NCBI RefSeq assembly: GCF_965208055.1
Contig: NZ_CBDBNY010000004.1
Span: forward strand, 389,706 to 453,705
Length of the DNA stretch: 64,000 nucleotides
Origin: Candidatus Palauibacter sp.
GTDB lineage: Bacteria > Gemmatimonadota > Gemmatimonadetes > Palauibacterales > Palauibacteraceae
Reading direction: 5' to 3'
The translations under genes and the position numbers were made by a program. Below the pieces are notes generated by a model. That model made no database searches and had not been told where the DNA came from. It saw only the letters and a list, made by a program, of their open reading frames with translations. This document shows positions 44,743 through 54,241 of the stretch, in pieces (the first letter of the stretch is position 1; each line of letters starts with the position of its first letter).

Positions 44743-45255
44743 ATGAAGCCGTCACAAGCCGCCGTCTTGAGGACCGCGCTCGCCGCGGTCGTTCTGCACG
44801 GGGTCTTCACGGTCGGCATTCCGGCCCTGATCCTTCGGCGCACAGGCGGAATCCCGCTGCTCGCCGTCGACATCGGGCAGGGCCGCTGGCTTGGGGCTGC
44901 AGCGGGGGGCTTCGGCGTCTACCTCTATCTCTGGTCGGTCGCGCGCCTGCTACGCAAGCGAACATCGGCGGTTCCCGGTACGGCGCCGAGCGTGCTTGTG
45001 ACGGACGGCTGGTACGCGCATACCCGCCATCCGCTCCTGCTCGGGGTCGTGCTGATCCTCCTCGGGGAAGCCGTGTTCTTCTCGTCCCCCTGGTTGCTCG
45101 CATACGCTCTTGCCTACTGGCTGTGGCTGACCGTCTTCGTCGTCGTCAGGGAGGAGCCGGATCTGAGGCGGACGTTCGGCGCGGCCTTCGCCGACTACTG
45201 CCGGGACGTGCCCCGCTGGATTCCACGACCGCGGCGCCCGGGGCAACGCCGATGA
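44743..45255 (+). CDS. Isoprenylcysteine carboxyl methyltransferase (ICMT/PEMT-like) family membrane protein
   Basis: The protein is multi-TM. GWYAHTRHPLLLG...REEPDLRRTFGAAFADYCRDVPRWIP is typical of this family. Confidence 0.75.
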   Translation: MKPSQAAVLRTALAAVVLHGVFTVGIPALILRRTGGIPLLAVDIGQGRWLGAAAGGFGVYLYLWSVARLLRKRTSAVPGTAPSVLVTDGWYAHTRHPLLLGVVLILLGEAVFFSSPWLLAYALAYWLWLTVFVVVREEPDLRRTFGAAFADYCRDVPRWIPRPRRPGQRR

Positions 45256-46088
45256 GTCCGAGGGTCTTCTTCCACGTGGGGGCGGGAAGGGCCGCCTCGC
45301 GCTGGCTGCAGGAGCGTGTGTTCCCGCGCTTCCGCGACGTCCGCTACGTGCCGCGGACGGGGTTCGGGCAGAGCGCGAGGATCATCGCCCAGGGCGGAGA
45401 TCTCCCCGTTCTCGTGTCGCGGCAGCTGGGGTACGGGGAGTTCACGCCATCGGTGGCGGCGTTCGCGCGCGAGGCGCCGCACGCCCGGCCCATCCTCGTC
45501 CTCCGGCGCCACGACGAATGGCTGCGGTCCGTCTATCTCCGCGAGATCAAGGAACTCCGGTACGTCCCGTTCGAGCGCTTCATCGACTTCGAGCGGGACG
45601 AGGGCGTCCGGCCACAGTCCTCGGCCCTGTTCCGGGAGCGGATACGCGTCCTCGAGGATCACTTCCGGCACCGGCCCCTGGTGCTCTTCTTCGACCAACT
45701 CGTCGCGGACCCGCAGCGCTTCGTCCGTACGATCGCCGACTATGTGGGCGCGTCCTATGAGGAGGGGGATATTTGCTTCCGCCCGACCAACCGCTCGTAT
45801 CGCGACAGGCAGTATCGATTCCTCCGCGCGGTGGGGCGGCGCCGAAGGGTGAGGGCAGGATCGCGATCCGGTCATCCCGCGGTTCGCTGGCTGCGGGTGC
45901 GATCCCTCCGGTTCGCGTGGCACGTCGGCGTTGCGCTCGGCCGGGCGGTGCCGGCGCGGTTGCTGAGTTCGGAGCCCCTCATCACCGAAGCGCAACTCGC
46001 TCGCGCCCGGGCGTTCTACCAGGCGGACTGGCAGGCCTGCCTCGATTACGCCGCGACGCACAACCCCGGGTGGACGATGATGCGCTGA
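45252..46088 (+). CDS. Hypothetical protein, possibly with a sulfotransferase-like fold
   Basis: There is an ATGA overlap with the ICMT-like gene. Codon bias is good and the N-terminus FFHVGAGRAASRWL is loop-like. The functional call is weak. Confidence 0.5.
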   Translation: MSPRVFFHVGAGRAASRWLQERVFPRFRDVRYVPRTGFGQSARIIAQGGDLPVLVSRQLGYGEFTPSVAAFAREAPHARPILVLRRHDEWLRSVYLREIKELRYVPFERFIDFERDEGVRPQSSALFRERIRVLEDHFRHRPLVLFFDQLVADPQRFVRTIADYVGASYEEGDICFRPTNRSYRDRQYRFLRAVGRRRRVRAGSRSGHPAVRWLRVRSLRFAWHVGVALGRAVPARLLSSEPLITEAQLARARAFYQADWQACLDYAATHNPGWTMMR

Positions 46089-46186
46089 CCCTGCTACTCG
46101 TGAACGGTCCCGGACTCGCCGCATCCGGTCGCGCTCCCCAAGTTCCCGCTTCTGTGATCCGTTGCCGACGACTTTCCGGAGGACGC

Positions 46187-46636
46187 ATGCCCCGACTACG
46201 GTTCGTTATGCCCCGTGTTGCCCCAGCCCTGCTGGCCCTCGGGTGGCTGGCGATCGGCCCGATACCCGCCGCCGCGCAGGAGCGCTTTCCCGACCCTCCT
46301 CCGGAACACGGTCTGTATTCGGATGCGGTGCGGGTGGGGGATCTCGTCTTTCTCGCGGGCGTGGTGAACCGCGATCCCGATCCCGCCACCCAGTTCCGCA
46401 ACACATTCCGCCGGATCGGCCAGATTCTCGAGGATGCCGGGTCGAGCCTCGAGCGAGTGATCGACATCACGACCTATCACCTCGACATGCACGTCCACAT
46501 CGATGCCTTCATCGAGGTCAAGGACGAGTTTCTGCCCGAGCTCCCGTCATGGACGGCCGTGGGGGTGACGGAACTGTACAGCCCCGGCGTGCTGATAGAG
46601 GTCAAGGTGATTGCCGCGGTGGATGACGATGGCTGA
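46187..46636 (+). CDS. RidA/YjgF/L-PSP-family protein with a signal peptide
   Basis: A GGAGGA RBS precedes the start. Motifs seen are VGDLVFLAG and ITTYHLDM...EVKVIA. Confidence 0.75.
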   Translation: MPRLRFVMPRVAPALLALGWLAIGPIPAAAQERFPDPPPEHGLYSDAVRVGDLVFLAGVVNRDPDPATQFRNTFRRIGQILEDAGSSLERVIDITTYHLDMHVHIDAFIEVKDEFLPELPSWTAVGVTELYSPGVLIEVKVIAAVDDDG

Positions 46637-48635
46637 CCGCCGGCCCGTGGTTGCGCCTCGCGTCCGCTGGCTTGTGCTCTGCCTGGGATTTGGCCTCGGG
46701 TCCACGCTCCCGGGCTGCGGCAGAGACGAAGCCGACAGCCGTGCCGCCGAGGGGGCGGAGCCGACAGCCGTGTACGCGGGCGACGACTGGCCGGTGTACG
46801 GCGGCGACCCGGGCGGTCTCAAGTATTCCTCCCTCACGGAGATCGACCGCTCGAACGTGGCCGAACTCGAGGCGGCCTGGGTCTGGGAGACGGGAGAAGA
46901 GCCGATTCCCGACGCGGCGAGCCCCATCCAGGGCGAACGCGTGGCGCCGGGGGCCTTCGAGGCGACGCCGATCGTCATCAACGACACCATGTGGCTCTCG
47001 ACCCCCTACAGCCGCGTCGTCGCGCTTGACGCCGAGACGGGCGAGGAGTTCTGGAGCTACGACCCCAAGGCGTGGGAGTGGGGGAACCTCCACCGCGGCT
47101 GCCGCTTCTGTCACCGCGGCATCGCGCAGTGGAGCGATGGAAGCGAGCGGCGGATCTTTCTCAACTCGCGCTGGCGGCTGATCGCGCTCGACGCCTCGAC
47201 CGGCGAGCCGATTCCCGGTTTCGGGGACGGGGGTGAGGTGGATCTCACCGAGGGGCTCGCGTGGGACGCGAACCGGCTCCACATCTCCAATACGTCTCCC
47301 GCCGTCGTGTTCGACGACATCGTCATCGTGGGCAGCGGCGTTCCGGACACCCGGATCTACCGCAACAACCCGCCCGGCGACGTGCAGGCGTTCGACGCGC
47401 GCACGGGTGAAGCGCTTTGGACCTTCCACACCATCCCCAAGGAGGGCGAGTTCGGGGTCGAGACGTGGGAGGACGAGTCGTGGTCCTACACCGGCTCGGC
47501 GAACGTGTGGGCGCCGTTCTCGCTCGACCCCGAGCGGGGACTCCTTTACCTGCCCGTCTCCACGCCGAACAACGATTTCTACGGCGGGCACCGGCGGGGC
47601 CAGAACCTGTTCGCGGAGTCGCTCGTGTGCCTCGATGCGCGGACGGGCGAGCGCGTGTGGCACTTCCAGACCGTACACCACGGGCTGTGGGACTATGACC
47701 TGCCCGCGCCGCCCGGTCTTGTGACGATCGAGGTCGGCGGGCGCGAGATCGACGCGGTCGTGGCGGTGGGGAAGACGGCCTTCACGTACGTGCTGGACCG
47801 CGAGACCGGCGAGCCGGTGTGGCCCGTCGAGGAGCGCGCGGTGCCGGAGAGCACGGTTCCCGGCGAGGTGCCGTGGCCGACCCAGCCGTTCCCGACGCGG
47901 CCCGCCCCGTTCTCCCGGCAGGGGATCACGGAAGACGACCTCATCGACTTCACGCCCGAACTGAGGGCGGAGGCGCTGGAAGTTTTCCGTCGTCACCGGA
48001 CCGGGCCGATCTTCACCCCACCCTCCGTCGACGGGACGATCATGATGCCGGGCCTCATCGGCGGGGCGGGGTGGGGCGGCGCGGCCATCGACCCCGAAAG
48101 CGGCCATATGTTCGTGAAGGCGTATGACGATCCCTTCCTCGCGCGCGTCGCCGAGGTGGAGCCGGGATCCGGGGACGCCGATTATCTGCCGAACTTCGCG
48201 AGCAGCCTCTCGGTGGCCGGCAGTCTTCCGATCCTCAAGCCGCCCTACGGAACGATCACGGCGATCGATCTCAACACGGGAGACCACCTGTGGCAGCGTC
48301 CGTTCGGGGATGACTCCGCGATCCGGGCCCATCCGGCGTTGGCGGGACTCGACCTCCCGCCCATGGGGGGCACGCCGCAGAGCCACGGCACGACATCGGG
48401 GCCGCTGGCGACGGCGGGCGGTGTCGTGTTCCTCGCGGGTGGAACGCCGTGGCTCGAGGCGATGGACGTGAGCGACGGCGAGACGTTGTGGCGAGGCGAC
48501 CTCGCCGGCGGGTTGGGGCGCGGCAACCCGATGACCTATCGCACCCGGTCCGGGCGCCAGTTCGTGGTCGTAGCGACCTCCGCCGCCGGCCAGGTCGACT
48601 CCAAACTGCAGGCGTTCGCCCTGCCGACCCGATGA
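46629..48635 (+). CDS. PQQ-dependent dehydrogenase (quinoprotein, beta-propeller) lipoprotein
   Basis: The lipobox is LPGC. DDWPVYGGDPGGLKYS is present, and there are repeated W-containing propeller motifs throughout. Confidence 0.8.
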   Translation: MADRRPVVAPRVRWLVLCLGFGLGSTLPGCGRDEADSRAAEGAEPTAVYAGDDWPVYGGDPGGLKYSSLTEIDRSNVAELEAAWVWETGEEPIPDAASPIQGERVAPGAFEATPIVINDTMWLSTPYSRVVALDAETGEEFWSYDPKAWEWGNLHRGCRFCHRGIAQWSDGSERRIFLNSRWRLIALDASTGEPIPGFGDGGEVDLTEGLAWDANRLHISNTSPAVVFDDIVIVGSGVPDTRIYRNNPPGDVQAFDARTGEALWTFHTIPKEGEFGVETWEDESWSYTGSANVWAPFSLDPERGLLYLPVSTPNNDFYGGHRRGQNLFAESLVCLDARTGERVWHFQTVHHGLWDYDLPAPPGLVTIEVGGREIDAVVAVGKTAFTYVLDRETGEPVWPVEERAVPESTVPGEVPWPTQPFPTRPAPFSRQGITEDDLIDFTPELRAEALEVFRRHRTGPIFTPPSVDGTIMMPGLIGGAGWGGAAIDPESGHMFVKAYDDPFLARVAEVEPGSGDADYLPNFASSLSVAGSLPILKPPYGTITAIDLNTGDHLWQRPFGDDSAIRAHPALAGLDLPPMGGTPQSHGTTSGPLATAGGVVFLAGGTPWLEAMDVSDGETLWRGDLAGGLGRGNPMTYRTRSGRQFVVVATSAAGQVDSKLQAFALPTR

Positions 48636-49792
48636 GCGCGCACCCGTGGGGCGGAGCCGCCCGCGCCGCGGTGCTGGCCATCGCCGTTGCTCCTCTGGTC
48701 GCGACCTTGGCGCCCGCCCGCGGTTTGAGCGGGGCGCAGGAGCGAACATTCCGGCCGCTCCGACCCCTCGGCGCCGCAACGCACCTCACGGCGTCCGTCC
48801 ACCTGGGCGATGTGGACGGCGACGGCGCGCTCGACGTCGTGGTGGCCAACGGCCGGCACTGGCCCGAGCAGAACCGGATCTTCCTCAACGACGGGCGTGG
48901 CGGCTTCACGCTGGCCCGGCGACTGGGGGACGAGGAGGACGGCACGTACGCGGCTCCGCTGGCGGATTTCGACGGGGACGGCGACCTCGACATCGCCACG
49001 GGGAACGACCGGACTCGGAACCTCATCTTCTTCAACGATGGCGCCGGCCACTTCGAGCGGGGCCCGACCTTCGGCGCTCCGAGTTCGACGCGCAGCCTCA
49101 CGCTCGCGGACCTGGACGGGGACGGGCACACGGACATCCTCGTCGTCAATCGAGGTCGCCGGAACTTCATCTTCCGGGGAGATGGGACGGGCGCTTTCGA
49201 TGAGGGCACGCCGTTCGGGGCAGGGGACGATTCCACCATCGATGTCGCCGCGGCGGACCTGGACGGGGACGGCGACCTCGATCTCGTGCTCGCGAACCGC
49301 GACGGAGGGGCGAACGCGATCCACTGGAACGACGAGGGAGCGTTCGACCGGCAAACGCCCTACGGCACAGGCGCCGACGAGACGCGAGGCGTAGCCGTGG
49401 GCGATGTGAACGGCGATGGCCTGCCCGACATCGTCGTGGCCAACATCGGCGAGGAGAACGCCGTGTACCTGGGCACCGGCGGCGGCTCCTTCGCCCGCCG
49501 GCGTCCGTTCGGGCGCGAGGGCGACCAGAGCTTCGCGGTGCGCCTCGCCGACCTGGACCTCGATGGAGATCTCGACATCGTCGTCGCCAACGCCGGCGCG
49601 CCGAACGCCGTCTACTTCAACCTGGGCGGTGAACTCGAGGAGTTCCGCTTCGGCTGCGACGATTGCGCCACCTACGGGGTCGCGGTCGGCGACCTGAATG
49701 GAGACGGTTTCCCGGAGATCGTCACGGCGAACTCCGGAGCACCGAACGGCATCTTCGCCAACGTCCCGTCCGGCACAGGCGGTCCCCGCTAA
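48632..49792 (+). CDS. FG-GAP/VCBS-repeat protein
   Basis: There is an ATGA overlap with the previous gene. It has six or more repeats of the type GDVDGDGALDVVVAN / ADLDGDGDLDLVLAN. Confidence 0.85.
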   Translation: MSAHPWGGAARAAVLAIAVAPLVATLAPARGLSGAQERTFRPLRPLGAATHLTASVHLGDVDGDGALDVVVANGRHWPEQNRIFLNDGRGGFTLARRLGDEEDGTYAAPLADFDGDGDLDIATGNDRTRNLIFFNDGAGHFERGPTFGAPSSTRSLTLADLDGDGHTDILVVNRGRRNFIFRGDGTGAFDEGTPFGAGDDSTIDVAAADLDGDGDLDLVLANRDGGANAIHWNDEGAFDRQTPYGTGADETRGVAVGDVNGDGLPDIVVANIGEENAVYLGTGGGSFARRRPFGREGDQSFAVRLADLDLDGDLDIVVANAGAPNAVYFNLGGELEEFRFGCDDCATYGVAVGDLNGDGFPEIVTANSGAPNGIFANVPSGTGGPR

Positions 49793-49857
49793 CTGCGGTC
49801 GCGATCCAGCTTGCGATCCCCCCCTCGTGCCGGCATCTTCAACTGACCTTCCTAGTT

Positions 49858-49876
49858 GAGAATGATTCTCATTATC
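49858..49876. promoter_or_regulatory. Fur box
   Basis: GAGAATGATTCTCATTATC matches the classical GATAATGATAATCATTATC consensus at 16 of 19 positions. It is followed by a further ATTATT half-site and lies 22 nt upstream of the CbiX-like start. Confidence 0.7.
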
Positions 49877-49897
49877 ATTATTGTCGAGGTTGAGCCG

Positions 49898-50902
49898 ATG
49901 TCGAACGGATTGCGGGCGCCCGTCGCGGCCCTGGGATTGTTCTGGATGGTGAGCGCGTGCGCCTCCGCGGGAGGGCCGCAGCCCGCCATCGAACTCACCG
50001 CCGGTCCGGAAGGGCGGGGGGGTGTTCCCGCGCCGGGGTCTCATGCCGGGATCCTCGTCATGGCGCACGGGGGCGGGGCGGAGTGGAACGGACGCGTGGA
50101 GGACGCCCTGCGGCCGCTGCGCGACCGGATCCCCGTGTCCCTGGCGCTGGGGATGGCCAACCCCGAGACCATGCAGGCCGCGCTCGACGCCCTGGCGGAC
50201 CGGGGCGTGAGCACGGTGGCGGTCGTGAGGCTGTTCGTATCCGGGGCGTCGTTCCTGCATCCGACGGAGTTCCTGCTCGGCCTTCGCTCCGACCCGCCGG
50301 AGCGCTCGATGGTGGGGCACCGGATGGTGAGCGGGGCGGAACTCGAGCCACTCGCGAGTAGCGGCCGGATCCTGCTGGAGCGGGATGGACTGGGGGGATC
50401 CGGTCAGGCGGCTCGCATCCTGGTCGACAGGGCCGCGACCGCCGGGACAGCCCCCGCCGAGAGCGGCGTGCTGCTCCTCGCGCATGGCATGGGGGATGAA
50501 GGCGAGGATCGACAGGTGCTCCGCTCCATGGAGGATGCGGCCCGGGCATTGCGGACCGGCGGGTACGCGGAAGTCCACGTCGGCACCCTCCGGGAAGACT
50601 GGGCCGGCGCGAGGGAAGAGGCGGAGGAGCGGATCAGGGCGCTGGTCGCCGGAATGGCGGAGCGTCACCGGAACGTCCTCGTGATCCCGTACCGTGTGTC
50701 CGGCTTCGGCCCCTACGCCGACGTGCTCGAAGGGCTCGAATACGTCGCCACCGAGGGCTTCCTGCCGCATCCGCTGATCACCGACTGGATCGCGGAACGG
50801 GCGACGGCGCGTTTCTGTGCCGCCGGTCTCGTCACACCGCTGGGACCCTGTGTTACTGCCGCGGGAGGGCGAGCGCCGTCCCCCATCCGCGCGCAGCCCT
50901 GA
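49898..50902 (+). CDS. CbiX/SirB-type chelatase-fold lipoprotein
   Basis: The lipobox is VSAC. The two chelatase halves begin ILVMAHGGG and VLLLAHGMGDE. Confidence 0.7.
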   Translation: MSNGLRAPVAALGLFWMVSACASAGGPQPAIELTAGPEGRGGVPAPGSHAGILVMAHGGGAEWNGRVEDALRPLRDRIPVSLALGMANPETMQAALDALADRGVSTVAVVRLFVSGASFLHPTEFLLGLRSDPPERSMVGHRMVSGAELEPLASSGRILLERDGLGGSGQAARILVDRAATAGTAPAESGVLLLAHGMGDEGEDRQVLRSMEDAARALRTGGYAEVHVGTLREDWAGAREEAEERIRALVAGMAERHRNVLVIPYRVSGFGPYADVLEGLEYVATEGFLPHPLITDWIAERATARFCAAGLVTPLGPCVTAAGGRAPSPIRAQP

Positions 50903-50945
50903 AACCCCGAACGGCGCGAGTTCTCGATACGGACTCGATACGGAG

Positions 50946-52028
50946 ATGAATCCCATGCACGGAAGCCCTCTGGTCTCGCCGCGGATTCCCTTCCGCGCAC
51001 TGACGATTCCACTCATGCTCGCGGTCGCTACGGCATGCGAGTCGGAAGTCGCCGCTCCCGAGGAAACGTTCGAGGAAGGCGTGATCACGATCGACGCCTC
51101 CTCACCCGTCTCCTTCGCCTATGTGAGTCTGACCGGCGGCGGGGCGCTCCGGAACCCGGCGGACCCCGGGACTTCCACGTCGTGGGACATCGCCTTCCGC
51201 AGGTTTTCCGTGCGGTTGAACGGCGGCGTTGCGGGCCCTGGCTCCGTGTCGGCCGTCGGTCTGGGCAATAACGCGGGCCTGACCGCGGATCAGGTCGCCG
51301 CGCTGACCCCGGAAGATGGGGAAGCGGCGTTCGCGGCGGTCACCGCCGCCGATATCCCCGCCGGGGGATTCGCGGAGGATGCCCTGGCGCCGGAGACGGG
51401 TCCGTCGTGGTTCCGCTTTGACCGCCAGTCGGGCTCGATCGTGGCGAACCCCGGCGCGGCCTGGAAGCTGCGCGAGGGTTCGGGGCGCGGGTACGGGGTG
51501 ATTCGCGTGGTGGACATCGCGATGCAGGGAGAGAGGCCCGTGGGCGCGACCATCCAGTTCCGCCGTCACGATCCGGGCGGCAGCCTCGGGGCCCCGGAAA
51601 CCCTCGCGCTGGATCTCACCCGCGGTCCCGCGCACGTGAGCCTGTCGAACGGAATCGTGCCCGACCCCGCCGGTTGCGGCTGGGACGTCGCGACGTCGCC
51701 CGAATTCACGATACAGGTGAACGAAGCCTGCGGGGCGGGGACCTTCCCGCTCGACCCGACGGACGACTTCACCGCGCTGGCCCGGGCCGACGACGCGCCG
51801 GACTACGCCGGCTTCCTGTCGACGATCGCCGGCGCGTTTCCGGCCACGACGGGCGATGCGCGGGGTACATTCTGGTACAGCATCCGGCAGAACAATCGAA
51901 TGTGGCCGACCTACAACGTCTTCCTGGTGCGGGTGGCCGAGGAGGTCTACAAGGTGCAGCTCTTCGACTACTACAACGCCACCGGGGATTCGGGCTTTCC
52001 CTCCGTGAGATTCCAGCGGCTCCGGTGA
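50946..52028 (+). CDS. HmuY-like haem-binding lipoprotein
   Basis: The lipobox is AVATAC. WDIAFRRFSVRLNGG and the C-terminal VYKVQLFDYYN are typical of the HmuY family. Confidence 0.65.
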   Translation: MNPMHGSPLVSPRIPFRALTIPLMLAVATACESEVAAPEETFEEGVITIDASSPVSFAYVSLTGGGALRNPADPGTSTSWDIAFRRFSVRLNGGVAGPGSVSAVGLGNNAGLTADQVAALTPEDGEAAFAAVTAADIPAGGFAEDALAPETGPSWFRFDRQSGSIVANPGAAWKLREGSGRGYGVIRVVDIAMQGERPVGATIQFRRHDPGGSLGAPETLALDLTRGPAHVSLSNGIVPDPAGCGWDVATSPEFTIQVNEACGAGTFPLDPTDDFTALARADDAPDYAGFLSTIAGAFPATTGDARGTFWYSIRQNNRMWPTYNVFLVRVAEEVYKVQLFDYYNATGDSGFPSVRFQRLR

Positions 52029-52030
52029 GG

Positions 52031-54220
52031 ATGCGCCGGGTCCGGCTGGCGCTCTGCGTCACCATCGGGTTTGTCGGCGTCCTCCGGCCGGACGCCGCGC
52101 GAGCCCAGTCGCAGGGACGCGTCTACGATCTGGAGTCGGGAGCGGGGATTCCGGATGCCGACGTGGTGTGGATCCCCGCTCCCGATGCGGGAATCCCCGC
52201 GGATCCCGTCGCCGGTCAGGCTGCTGCCGACTCCGGCCGGGCCGCGGTGCGCACGAACGCCGCCGGTTTTTTCGTGCCGGACCCCGATTGGGGTCCGGGA
52301 GGCGCCGTCACGGTCGCGGCGCTTGGATACCGCTCTCGCTCCATCGCTCGAGAGGACGCGACCGCCGCCGGATGGCGGATCGGGCTCGAGCGCGACCCGC
52401 TGGCTGTCGACGAGATCGTGGTCACGGCGAGTTCGCTCCCTCGGCTCCGCTCGCAGATCGCCGTGCCGGTCGAGACGGTGGAAGCTGCGGAGATCGACGC
52501 GGCCGGCGTCGCTTCCGCGGACCGGCTGCTCGCGGAGCTTCCCGGCGTCCAGGTGACGGCCGCCACGCCGGTCGGTTCGAATCTCATGATCCGGGGCGTG
52601 GGCGGCGCGCGCGTCCTCGTGCTGCTCGATGGTCAGCCGACCGCGGGCGCGCTGCTCGAGAACCGCGACCTGAGCCGCATGTCGCTGGCCGGCGTGGAGC
52701 GCGTGGAGATCGTTAAAGGACCCCTTTCGTCCCTGTACGGCTCCGATGCGCTGGGCGGCGTCGTGAACGTCATCACGCAGCTTCCCGCGTCGGGGTTCCG
52801 GGTCGATGCGCGCGCGCTGGCGGGCGGGGCCGGACGTCGCGAGGCGGAGGCGACGGCAAGCGGCGGAGGCCGTCTCCGGTATCGAGTCACGGGCGGCTGG
52901 CGCCAGGAAGACCGGATCCCGGGGCTCGCCGATGGGGGCCCGAGCGCCTTCGCCCGCGTCTGGGACTTCCGGTCCCGCTTACGGTTCAAGGCATCGGACG
53001 CCTGGGACATACGCGCCGCCGCCACCTACCTGCGCGAGCGGCAGCGCTGGCCCGTGGGCGGCGCGTTCTCGGGATTCAACGACAACGCGGGATTCTCGGG
53101 GTGGGTCGAGGCGCGACGGCCGTTGGGTCCTGGCACGTGGAGCGGAAGTCTCTTTCTTCAGGAATACGAGCACCTGTTCCGCAGCGCCCGCGGAGAAGCG
53201 CCCATCGCCGATGCTGGCGCAGCCACTCAGTGGGAACGCCTCGCGAAGGGCGCCGCGGGTTATTCGGTCGCCCTGGGCGGACATTCCGCCGACATCGGCC
53301 TCGAGGTCGCAAGTCGCGCCATCCAGTCGCCGGACAAGTTGATCGAGGATCGGGCGGCCGATCGGCAGCTCGCCCTCTTCGCGCAGGACGCCTGGCGTCT
53401 CGGGGGGACCGTGGTGAGCGGTGGCGCCCGCCTCACCTGGAACGATCGTTGGGGCTCCAACCTCTCGCCGACCGTGGGGGTGACCCGTCGCGCCGGAGCG
53501 CACGTGCATCTCCGGGCGGCGGTGGCGCGCGGGTTTCGGGCGCCCTCCTTCAAGGAACTCGCCTGGAACTTCGTCAACGTGGGCGGTGGCTATGTCCTTC
53601 AGGGGTTCCCGGATCTTGATCCGGAGCGCTCATGGAACGTATCCGGCGGAGTGGAATGGCAACCGGCGTCGTCCGCCCGGATTGAAGTCGAGGTCTTTTC
53701 CAATCGGATTCGGAACCTCATCGAGCCGGGGTTCGTCGGTAATGCCGAGAGCGGTCTTCTCATCTTCTCCCCCCGGAATGTCGCGGACGCGATCACGCGC
53801 GGGTTCGAGTTCAGCCTCCGCGCCGTCCTGGACCGCGCGGAGTTCACTGCGGGCTACGTCTACCTGGACGCTCACGCCGTCGATTCCGGGCTCCCCCTGG
53901 ATCGACGCGCCGCACATTCCGCGCGCGCCCGGGCGACGTGGACCGCCGAGGCGCTTTCCGGGTTTCGGCTGGATGCCACGGCACATCTCACGGGGGCCGC
54001 GGCGATCATTGGCGCCGGTCCCGACGGGAGCGACGCGAGGATAGGCACACAGGAACGGTTCGTGGCCATCGACCTGCAGACCTCTATCGATCTCGGGCGA
54101 AGACTCAAGCTCATGGCGGGCGTCGACAACCTGTTCGATGCTCGTCCGGCGGGCTGGCAGGGGGCGATAGAACGGAAGCTGCGGATGGGGCTGGCCTTCG
54201 AGGACCTGTTCGCGCGCTGA
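52031..54220 (+). CDS. TonB-dependent receptor (HmuR-like)
   Basis: The Plug motifs are DEIVVTAS, LPGVQV, IRGVGGARVLVLLDG and VERVEIVKGPLSSLYGSDALGGVVNVIT. The C-terminal barrel ends in F-x-R. Confidence 0.85.
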   Translation: MRRVRLALCVTIGFVGVLRPDAARAQSQGRVYDLESGAGIPDADVVWIPAPDAGIPADPVAGQAAADSGRAAVRTNAAGFFVPDPDWGPGGAVTVAALGYRSRSIAREDATAAGWRIGLERDPLAVDEIVVTASSLPRLRSQIAVPVETVEAAEIDAAGVASADRLLAELPGVQVTAATPVGSNLMIRGVGGARVLVLLDGQPTAGALLENRDLSRMSLAGVERVEIVKGPLSSLYGSDALGGVVNVITQLPASGFRVDARALAGGAGRREAEATASGGGRLRYRVTGGWRQEDRIPGLADGGPSAFARVWDFRSRLRFKASDAWDIRAAATYLRERQRWPVGGAFSGFNDNAGFSGWVEARRPLGPGTWSGSLFLQEYEHLFRSARGEAPIADAGAATQWERLAKGAAGYSVALGGHSADIGLEVASRAIQSPDKLIEDRAADRQLALFAQDAWRLGGTVVSGGARLTWNDRWGSNLSPTVGVTRRAGAHVHLRAAVARGFRAPSFKELAWNFVNVGGGYVLQGFPDLDPERSWNVSGGVEWQPASSARIEVEVFSNRIRNLIEPGFVGNAESGLLIFSPRNVADAITRGFEFSLRAVLDRAEFTAGYVYLDAHAVDSGLPLDRRAAHSARARATWTAEALSGFRLDATAHLTGAAAIIGAGPDGSDARIGTQERFVAIDLQTSIDLGRRLKLMAGVDNLFDARPAGWQGAIERKLRMGLAFEDLFAR

Positions 54221-54241
54221 GTCGACGCGGGCGGCCCTCGC

